Both the position numbers and the translations under genes were made by a program. Shown here piece after piece: positions 1-5,557 of a stretch of DNA of 5,557 nt. Numbering within the stretch: the first letter of the stretch is position 1; every line of letters begins with the position of its first letter. The notes beneath the pieces were generated by a model. That model had not been told where the DNA came from. It was given only the letters and a program-made list of their open reading frames with translations, and did not search any database. The stretch comes from Candidatus Wukongarchaeum yapensis (GTDB taxonomy: Archaea; Asgardarchaeota; Wukongarchaeia; Wukongarchaeales; Wukongarchaeaceae), in NCBI GenBank assembly GCA_016840425.1, contig JAEOSI010000156.1, positions 1-5,557 of the forward strand, in the 5' to 3' direction.

Positions 1-7
1 CAATTTA

Positions 8-2200
8 ATGGCCGGTTTTTATAGGTCGAAATATGAAGTTGAAGGGAAAGAGAAGTATGTTGCAGTTACTCAATTCGAAGAGACTGATGCTCGAAGAGCC
101 TTTCCCTGTTTTGACCACCCTTCAAAAAAGGCCACGTTTGATATTGAATTTGTTATAGACGAACACCTGGAAGGTATTGCGAACACCCCTATTGTTGAAG
201 AAAAAAGTCTTGGTAATGGAAAAAAATTAGTCAGGTTTGAACGCACGCCGAAAATGTGCACATATTTATTATTCTTTGGAGTGGGGGAGTTTGAGTTTAC
301 TGAGGATGCTTCTGAAGACTTCCTTTTTAGAGTAGCAACCGCTCCAGGCAGGGCCAAATACGGCGGTTTTGGATTAGATTTTGGTCGTAAGGCTCTCAAG
401 TTTGGTGAAGAGTATACAGGGATAAAGTTTCCCATTGGCAAAATGGATCTGATAGCTGTTCCTGATTTCGTTTTTGGAGCGATGGAAAACTATGGGGCAG
501 TTACCTTCCGTGAGAACTTGCTTCTTGTCTATCCCGGTGTCACATCCAAGGCTGGCCTCGAACGAATAGCTGAAGTGATCGCCCATGAAATTGCTCACAT
601 GTGGTTTGGAAATCTTGTTAGTCCTGCGGATTGGAAATATGTTTGGCTGAACGAAGCTTTCGCAACCTTGTTCGGCTATGCTATTACAGACTATTACTAC
701 CCTGAATGGCACATTTGGGATCAGTTTGTTTCCGGTGAAACAAATGTAGCCTATGAGCGCGATTCATTAGTTGAAACTTTCCCCATCGAACTTCCGGGCG
801 GTGAACAGGCACGTATCACCGCAGCAACTGCCGATATTATCTACAGCAAAGCTGCAAGCGTTCTTCGAATGGTAAAAGGTTATTTGGGTGATGAAAATTT
901 CAAGAAGGGAATCAGTCATTTCTTGAAGAAATTCGAGTTTTCTTTTGCTGCCACCCCGGACTATTGGAAGGCTTTAGAAGAAGCTACAGGAGAACCTATT
1001 AGTGAAATCATGAAAAGTTGGGTTTATCAGCCGGGCTGCCCGCTGGTTGAAGTTAAAAGAGAAGGAAACGAATTATTTATTACGCAACGCCGATTCACTT
1101 TTCTTCCCCATGAATCAGATCAAATATGGATAATTCCTTTTACTGTCATATTATTTTACAAAAACGGAAAATCGAAAACTCTCAGAACTCTCCTCAAAGA
1201 TAAATCGGCTAAAATGACTATTTCAAAAGATGTCACTGCTTTCAAGGTTAATGTTGAGCAGTCTAGCTTTTATAGAGTCAAATATGAGAAAAAAGAATTA
1301 GAAGAACTGGGTAAATTAGTTTTAGATAAAAAACTGCCCCCTTTGGACCGTTTTGGTCTGCAAAGTGATCTATATGCTTTAGTAAGAAGCATTGACTATT
1401 CTATTGACGATTACCTAGATTTTATTGATAATTATTACGAGCAAGAAGATGAATATCTTCCGTTAATAAGCATTAGTAATAATTTGATGAATGCGTATTT
1501 GGTTTTTGAATCAAGGAGAGACAAGATTAGCTCTATTGGAAGAAAAATCTTCAAGCAAGTCTTTGAAAAAATTGGGTATGAACCCAAAGATGAGGAAGAG
1601 CATTTAATTTCAGTCCTCAGAGACAATCTACTTTGGATCGCCTTCGCTTTTGGCGACGAAGAAGTGGCTAAATTCGGGTTAAGCAAGTTTCAGGAGCTTT
1701 TTAATGGAAAAACGATTCACCCGGATATTATGGCGAGTATATTGAAAATCGGTGCTGCTAGTGATGAACGGGCGTTTGATTATTTCATTAAAAAGTTAGA
1801 AACACCTGACACGCCGGAACATGAAAAAATAAACAGTTTAATGGCTCTAGGTTGTTTCAAGAAAAAAGAAACCCTCTTCAAAGCTCTTAATTATACTTTG
1901 GAAAAAGTCCCTAGCAAGAACAAGTTCATCCCCTTATGGCAAATTAGCAAAAATCTTGTTATTTTGGACGAGTTGTGGGCTTGGTTCTTAGATAACCTTG
2001 AAGCCCTAGAGAATTTCCATCCAAGGCATTTTGAACGTGTGATCGTTAGCTTGATTCCTTTAGGTGGGTTAGGAAAAGAAGCAGAGGTAAAAGACTTTTT
2101 CAAAAACTACATGAGTAAAAAGGCCTTAGCCAAAGATACAATTAAAATGGCTCTTGAACTAATGGATATCAATTCTAAGCTTATAAATGATTCACACTAA
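8..2200 (+). CDS. pepN: M1-family (aminopeptidase N / tricorn-interacting-factor-like) zinc aminopeptidase, 5' end probably outside the window
   Basis: GAMEN exopeptidase motif (476-490). Zinc motif HEIAH (584-598) with the third ligand Glu in WLNEAFA (653-655). Also contains TQFEETDARRAFPCFD, the catalytic-Tyr region DIIYSK and a long helical ERAP1-like C-terminal region. The frame is open back to position 2 (N-L-M-A-G-F-Y-R-S-K-Y), and GFYRSxY normally lies about 100 aa into M1 peptidases, so the ATG at 8 is probably internal. Ends in tandem stops TAA TAA. The symbol is a family-level label only. Confidence 0.95.
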   Translation: MAGFYRSKYEVEGKEKYVAVTQFEETDARRAFPCFDHPSKKATFDIEFVIDEHLEGIANTPIVEEKSLGNGKKLVRFERTPKMCTYLLFFGVGEFEFTEDASEDFLFRVATAPGRAKYGGFGLDFGRKALKFGEEYTGIKFPIGKMDLIAVPDFVFGAMENYGAVTFRENLLLVYPGVTSKAGLERIAEVIAHEIAHMWFGNLVSPADWKYVWLNEAFATLFGYAITDYYYPEWHIWDQFVSGETNVAYERDSLVETFPIELPGGEQARITAATADIIYSKAASVLRMVKGYLGDENFKKGISHFLKKFEFSFAATPDYWKALEEATGEPISEIMKSWVYQPGCPLVEVKREGNELFITQRRFTFLPHESDQIWIIPFTVILFYKNGKSKTLRTLLKDKSAKMTISKDVTAFKVNVEQSSFYRVKYEKKELEELGKLVLDKKLPPLDRFGLQSDLYALVRSIDYSIDDYLDFIDNYYEQEDEYLPLISISNNLMNAYLVFESRRDKISSIGRKIFKQVFEKIGYEPKDEEEHLISVLRDNLLWIAFAFGDEEVAKFGLSKFQELFNGKTIHPDIMASILKIGAASDERAFDYFIKKLETPDTPEHEKINSLMALGCFKKKETLFKALNYTLEKVPSKNKFIPLWQISKNLVILDELWAWFLDNLEALENFHPRHFERVIVSLIPLGGLGKEAEVKDFFKNYMSKKALAKDTIKMALELMDINSKLINDSH

Positions 2201-2205
2201 TAAAA

Positions 2206-2227
2206 CTTCTTTTCTCTATAATTTTTT
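2206..2227 (+). terminator. Putative archaeal pyrimidine/oligo-T terminator after the aminopeptidase gene
   Basis: CTTCTTTTCTCT (2206-2217) and a T6 run (2222-2227) immediately follow the stop. Archaeal intrinsic termination occurs at U-rich tracts. Confidence 0.45.
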
Positions 2228-2274
2228 GATTTCATCAATTTTGACAAGAAAAATACATCGTGGTTAAACCTGCC

Positions 2275-2290
2275 GTAAAACTTTTTATTA
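2275..2290 (+). promoter_or_regulatory. Putative BRE-TATA promoter of tyrS
   Basis: GTAAAA-C-TTTTTATTA: a purine-rich BRE-like hexamer directly before a TATA-like box, 20-30 nt upstream of ATG 2308 / GTG 2311. The spacing fits a leaderless or nearly leaderless mRNA. Confidence 0.45.
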
Positions 2291-2307
2291 TTTTATTGGG
2301 CGTAGTG

Positions 2308-3417
2308 ATGGTGGATCGAAAATTGTCTTCATTAGACCATGAAAATAGTGTGAAATTAGTTATGCGAAATGTGGAAGAGATTATTACGAAGTCTGATTTG
2401 GAAACTCTTCTTTCAGAAAAAGAGAAACCTAGAACATATATCGGTTTTGAGACCAGCGGTTTCCTTCATGTAGGTGTTGGGCTTGTTTGTGGGCGAAAGC
2501 TTCTTGATTTTATTGAAGCTGGTTTTGAAACTATTATTTTTTTTGCTGATTGGCATTCTTGGATAAATAATAAGTTGGGAGGGGATTTTGATAAAATTAA
2601 GAGGGCTTGTGAATATTTTATTGAGGCTTTTAAAAGTTTGGGTATTGAGGGAGAGCTTGTGAGGTATGTTACTGCTTCAGATCTCACGAAACAGGAAGAG
2701 TATTGGGAGACAGTTGTAAGGATTGCTAAATCTGCTTCGCTTAAACGTGTGCTTCGTTGCTTGCCTATAATGGGCCGAGAGATGGGTATTGAGGATATTG
2801 AAAGCGCTTGGGTCTATTATCCTGCTATGCAAGTTGCAGACATATTTTTCATGGGGATAGATGTAGCGGCCGGGGGTATGGATCAAAGAAAAGCTCATAT
2901 GCTTGCCAGAGATGTCGCTGAAAAGTTGGGATATAGGAAGCCAATGGCTGTGCATACTCCCCTTTTAACGGGGCTTGAAGGGAGGGGAAGCAAGATGGAA
3001 TTTGATGAACAGCCAGATTTGGCCGCTAAAATATCGGCAAAGATGAGTAAAAGTAAGCCTGACACATGTATATTTATACATGATTCCCCAGAAGATATAA
3101 AAAGGAAGATCAGGAAAGCTTTCTGTCCTCCACAGGTTTTGGATGGAAATCCTGTGGCAGAGATGGTCTCTTACATAATTTTCCCCTATTTAGGGAAGAT
3201 AGGATTAGAACGGTCAGAAAAACATGGTGGAACCATAGTTTTTGAAGAGGAGGAAGATTTCAAAAAAGCATACCTTAAAGGGGAAATACACCCCCTTGAT
3301 TTAAAAAATGGCGTTACAAGCTCGCTTATAAGCATTCTTGAACCCAGTAGGAGATATTTTGAAAAAACACCAAAAGCAAAAAAACTACTAGAAGAGATGA
3401 ATACATACGTTCAATAA
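2308..3417 (+). CDS. tyrS: Tyrosyl-tRNA synthetase, archaeal type
   Basis: YIGFETSGFLHVGV (HIGH motif, HVGV at 2467-2478), FFADWHSWINNKLGGD, YYPAMQVADIF, AGGMDQRKAHMLARD, KMSKS (3040-3054), IFIHDSPEDIKRKIRKAFCP and IHPLDLKNGV. The spacer between HTPLL and KMSKS is of the length seen in crenarchaeal and Thermococcales enzymes. I placed the start at ATG 2308 rather than GTG 2260 because the extra 16 codons overlap the promoter-like motif. The exact start (2308, 2311 or slightly later) is uncertain. Confidence 0.97.
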   Translation: MVDRKLSSLDHENSVKLVMRNVEEIITKSDLETLLSEKEKPRTYIGFETSGFLHVGVGLVCGRKLLDFIEAGFETIIFFADWHSWINNKLGGDFDKIKRACEYFIEAFKSLGIEGELVRYVTASDLTKQEEYWETVVRIAKSASLKRVLRCLPIMGREMGIEDIESAWVYYPAMQVADIFFMGIDVAAGGMDQRKAHMLARDVAEKLGYRKPMAVHTPLLTGLEGRGSKMEFDEQPDLAAKISAKMSKSKPDTCIFIHDSPEDIKRKIRKAFCPPQVLDGNPVAEMVSYIIFPYLGKIGLERSEKHGGTIVFEEEEDFKKAYLKGEIHPLDLKNGVTSSLISILEPSRRYFEKTPKAKKLLEEMNTYVQ

Positions 3418-3423
3418 TCAGTA

Positions 3424-3440
3424 TCTTTTTTTTGTTTTTT
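3424..3440 (+). terminator. Oligo-T terminator after tyrS
   Basis: TCTTTTTTTTGTTTTTT (T8-G-T6) starts 7 nt after the TAA. Confidence 0.65.
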
Positions 3441-3473
3441 ATAAATAAGCGGGAAAAATCTTCTAAAAAACCT

Positions 3474-3526
3474 TAAAATAATAAGGAGACAGATATTATT
3501 TTATGGGGCATCTAAAATAATAAGGA
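3474..3526 (+). repeat. 14-bp direct repeat TAAAATAATAAGGA (2 copies, 39-bp period) upstream of the membrane-protein gene
   Basis: Exact copies at 3474-3487 and 3513-3526. The first copy overlaps a BRE/TATA-like AAAAAA-CC-TTAAAATA. Confidence 0.8.
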
Positions 3527-3536
3527 TGCGAGTAAT

Positions 3537-4067
3537 ATGGAATGGATGGATATTGTTCCTTTTACATTAATTTTTGGAGGTTTTATTGCCACTTTCTGGT
3601 TATTTGAAAAAATTTTATCCCCTGAAAAGAATACTTTGGAAAGAATTGATAGATTTTTCACACGGTTTTTAGGACCGTTACTTGGTTTTTTCATGCTGAT
3701 ACTCTCAGGTTTAACGTTGGAGGATGCTGATTGGTTTACAAGCGCTTTATTAGTGTTTATAGGGCTTGCTCTATGCCTTAACTCAATAAAAGATATACCT
3801 CTAGCAGCAACTATAGCCTTGATGGCCGGATGTGCCGTTGCCGGAGTTATTTACCTATTAATAGGCACAACCAATGCCACAACACTCGGCATCGTTTTCA
3901 TAATAATCTTCATCTTCGTATTTCTCAGCTTAAAACTGGCTGAAACACTTCTCAAACTATTTGCCGCAATACTCACCTTTCCCATCATAGCATTAATAAT
4001 AGGCCTTCTAGGAATAATCCAAGGAATTCTCATTTTAGCAGATAGCTCCTTAATCACCATCTTTTAA
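3537..4067 (+). CDS. Uncharacterised integral membrane protein (about 6 TM helices)
   Basis: 176-aa ORF, very rich in I/L/F/G/A. Hydrophobic stretches at about aa 6-23, 41-59, 66-82, 87-109, 117-132 and 141-168, separated by short charged loops (EKILSPEKNTLERID, LEDAD, IKDIP, KLAETLLK). It fills the gap between the tyrS terminator and the next intergenic region. No family recognised with certainty. Confidence 0.85.
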   Translation: MEWMDIVPFTLIFGGFIATFWLFEKILSPEKNTLERIDRFFTRFLGPLLGFFMLILSGLTLEDADWFTSALLVFIGLALCLNSIKDIPLAATIALMAGCAVAGVIYLLIGTTNATTLGIVFIIIFIFVFLSLKLAETLLKLFAAILTFPIIALIIGLLGIIQGILILADSSLITIF

Positions 4068-4190
4068 TGCTCAAAAACAACCTTCGTTTAAACGCAGAAA
4101 AAAAGTGAGAAAATACTTGGTACAGACATAAAAACATAGATTTCATTTAGGTTACTAGAAGCCTTCTAATCTTTCAAAGTTTCATTTTAT

Positions 4191-4206
4191 GAGCAAAATT
4201 TTGCTC
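4191..4206. repeat. Perfect 16-bp palindrome GAGCAAAATTTTGCTC inside a larger nested inverted repeat (4156-4221)
   Basis: The 16-mer equals its own reverse complement. Flanking arms are TTTCAAA (4172-4178) / TTTGAAA (4207-4213) and TAGAAG (4156-4161) / CTTCTA (4216-4221). Confidence 0.85.
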
Positions 4207-4286
4207 TTTGAAAATCTTCTAATATTTTACAGTTTTTATCCTTGTTTTTATATTTATTATCACTTTTTTTACTTTTTTAAAAAATA

Positions 4287-4300
4287 GAAACAGATTTAAG
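4287..4300 (+). promoter_or_regulatory. Putative BRE-TATA promoter of gap
   Basis: GAAA-CAGA-TTTAAG resembles an archaeal BRE plus TATA. Predicted transcription start near 4322-4325, giving a 5' UTR of about 45-50 nt that contains a Shine-Dalgarno motif. Confidence 0.5.
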
Positions 4301-4357
4301 CATTCTAACCTTTTTCGCTTCAGACAGAGACGTTAGAAAAATAATGAAGAATAAATA

Positions 4358-4365
4358 GGAGTTGA
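4358..4365 (+). promoter_or_regulatory. Shine-Dalgarno motif of gap
   Basis: GGAGTTGA is one mismatch from the archaeal consensus GGAGGTGA and lies 5 nt before TTG 4371. Confidence 0.65.
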
Positions 4366-4370
4366 TGTTT

Positions 4371-5408
4371 TTGGTTGTTAGGGTCGGGATAAACGGGTTT
4401 GGCACCATTGGTAAACGTATTGCAGCTGCTGTGAGTAAACAACCAGACATGACGTTGATCGGGGTTACTAAGGCTACGCCTGATTATAAGGCATGGTTTG
4501 CGAAAAAGTATAACTATCCATTGTTTACGGCGGTTCCTGAAAAGATGGAGGATTTTAAAAAAGCCGGGATCGAAGTCGAGGGAACTGTTGAAGATTTAAT
4601 TTCACAAGCCGATGTGATGGTCGATTGTTCTCCTGACAAAGTAGGTGCAAAAAACAAGGAAACTTTTTATCTTCCCAAAAATAAGAAAGCTATTTTTGAG
4701 GGTGGCGAAAAAGCCCCTGTTGCCGATGTATCTTTTGTCTCTTTATGCAACTATGATGAAGGCGTAGGGAAAAACTATATTCGTTGCGTTTCTTGTAACA
4801 CTACAGGTTTAGTGCGTTCACTTTACGCGGTAGATAAGGCTTTCGGCATAGAAAGGGTAATAGCTACGATGGTTAGAAGAAGTGCAGACCCGCCGGAGAT
4901 CAAAAAAGGCCCAATTAACGCAATAGTTGTAGACCCTCCAACTTTACCGTCCCATCATGGCCCAGATGTAAAAACTGTGATGTCCCACATAGACATCACA
5001 ACTTTTGCAGTAAAAGTTCCTACAACAATTTCTCATCTGCACTGTGTGGCAGCGGATCTAAAAAATGAAGCTACAACTGGAGAAGTAATCGATGTCTTTG
5101 CTAAATCTCCCAGAATAATCTTGGTTAGTGCTGAAAAAGGTATTAGAAGTACAGCGGAGGTAATTGAATTTGCCAGGGATCTAGGAAGGCCTCGAAACGA
5201 CCTCTACGAACTAGCGATATGGCTTGAAAGCGTAAAAGTAGAAAACAAAACTCTTTATTTCTTCCAAGCAGTGCATCAAGAAGCAATTGTTGTACCTAAT
5301 AATATCGATGCAATACGAGCAATCACTAACACAACGGCTAAAGAAGAAAGTATATTCCTTACCAATAAAACATTAGAAATCCTAGAGTCAGGAATCTATC
5401 CGAGCTAG
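4371..5408 (+). CDS. gap: Glyceraldehyde-3-phosphate dehydrogenase, archaeal class II (phosphorylating, NAD(P)+)
   Basis: Rossmann motif RVGINGFGTIGKRIA, GVTKATPD, catalytic VSCNTTG (Cys at 4794-4796), KKGPINAI, PSHHGPDV, VPTTISHLH, RNDLYE and HQEAIVVPNNIDAIRA. The start is most likely TTG 4371, based on SD spacing. TTG 4362 and ATG 4365 overlap the SD motif but cannot be excluded. Confidence 0.97.
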   Translation: MVVRVGINGFGTIGKRIAAAVSKQPDMTLIGVTKATPDYKAWFAKKYNYPLFTAVPEKMEDFKKAGIEVEGTVEDLISQADVMVDCSPDKVGAKNKETFYLPKNKKAIFEGGEKAPVADVSFVSLCNYDEGVGKNYIRCVSCNTTGLVRSLYAVDKAFGIERVIATMVRRSADPPEIKKGPINAIVVDPPTLPSHHGPDVKTVMSHIDITTFAVKVPTTISHLHCVAADLKNEATTGEVIDVFAKSPRIILVSAEKGIRSTAEVIEFARDLGRPRNDLYELAIWLESVKVENKTLYFFQAVHQEAIVVPNNIDAIRAITNTTAKEESIFLTNKTLEILESGIYPS

Positions 5409-5450
5409 TTTCCCCACCCCCTTTCTTTTATTTATTATCTATTTTTTCCT
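5409..5450 (+). terminator. Pyrimidine-rich terminator-like tract after gap
   Basis: TTTCCCCACCCCCTTTCTTTTATTTATTATCTATTTTTTCCT directly follows the TAG. Confidence 0.55.
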
Positions 5451-5500
5451 ATCTTTGGAGAATTCGGAAATCTTAAAATAGTTAGCCAAACGAAGATCAT

Positions 5501-5515
5501 GTAAAGTATATATAA
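5501..5515 (+). promoter_or_regulatory. Possible BRE-TATA for a gene beyond the window
   Basis: GTAAAG-TATATATAA. The target gene is not visible. Other TATA-like motifs lie nearby (CTTAAAATA at 5472-5480), so the assignment is ambiguous. Confidence 0.3.
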
Positions 5516-5557
5516 TATGAAGATTTTTAATTCTGAAAAACCATATAATTATTATAG

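Noticed and set aside
257-1039. Cys or Met at usually conserved M1 positions (KMCTYL for KMSTYL, HMWFG for HQWFG, PGCP for PGF/YP)
   Set aside because: These are isolated substitutions outside the zinc ligands and catalytic residues, all of which are intact. There is no consistent codon pattern suggesting a changed genetic code.
70-2103. Minus-strand ORFs 70-441, 374-712, 1435-1686 and 1891-2103
   Set aside because: They lie entirely antisense to the aminopeptidase, have no recognisable motifs, and are typical shadow ORFs.
2226-2238. Small hairpin TTGAT-TTC-ATCAA
   Set aside because: A 5-bp AT-rich stem, within chance expectation.
2260-2307. Hydrophobic N-terminal extension of TyrRS (MVKPAVKLFIILLGVV) that looks like a signal or anchor peptide
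   Set aside because: It is the translation of the T-rich promoter region from an upstream GTG. It overlaps the BRE/TATA-like motif, and cytoplasmic TyrRS homology begins downstream.
2466-2955. Minus-strand ORFs 2466-2687 and 2677-2955
   Set aside because: Antisense shadows of tyrS. Their S/K/H-rich composition simply mirrors the G/T-rich sense strand.
3526-3570. Out-of-frame 14-codon ORF (MRVIWNGWILFLLH*) overlapping the membrane gene start
   Set aside because: It is short and has no support beyond an ATG. The main frame explains the region.
3512-4060. Minus-strand ORFs 3512-3694 and 3851-4060
   Set aside because: Antisense to the membrane gene. Their K/N/M/I-rich composition is the expected complement of hydrophobic codons.
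4262-4284. ACTTTTTTT-ACTTTTTT tandem and TTTTTTAAAAAA palindrome
   Set aside because: Low-complexity homopolymer runs, common in AT-rich archaeal upstream regions.
5517-5557. Open frame MKIFNSEKPYNYY running off the window end
   Set aside because: Only 13 codons of very AT-rich sequence, no SD motif, and it sits among TATA-like motifs. It cannot be judged without downstream sequence.
1-5557. CRISPR array, tRNA/rRNA, IS or integrase, defence system
   Set aside because: I found no regularly spaced repeat-spacer units, cloverleaf or rRNA-like sequence, transposase or recombinase motifs, or terminal repeats with target duplications. The co-location of the four genes does not by itself imply a shared pathway.

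Overview
AT-rich archaeal housekeeping locus with four genes, all on the + strand. (1) An M1-family zinc aminopeptidase, truncated at its 5' end by the window edge. (2) An archaeal-type tyrosyl-tRNA synthetase. (3) An uncharacterised 176-aa multi-pass membrane protein. (4) An archaeal class II phosphorylating GAPDH. T-rich terminator-like tracts and BRE/TATA-like motifs between the genes suggest mostly separate transcription units. I see no mobile element, CRISPR array, RNA gene or defence system, and no clearly new multi-gene system. The most interesting signals are a synonymous-site compositional gradient (G/T-rich 5' to A/C-rich 3') that resets in three consecutive genes, a nested inverted-repeat element centred on a perfect 16-bp palindrome upstream of gap, a 14-bp direct repeat upstream of the membrane gene, and several non-canonical residues near the GAPDH active site, including a CxxC.
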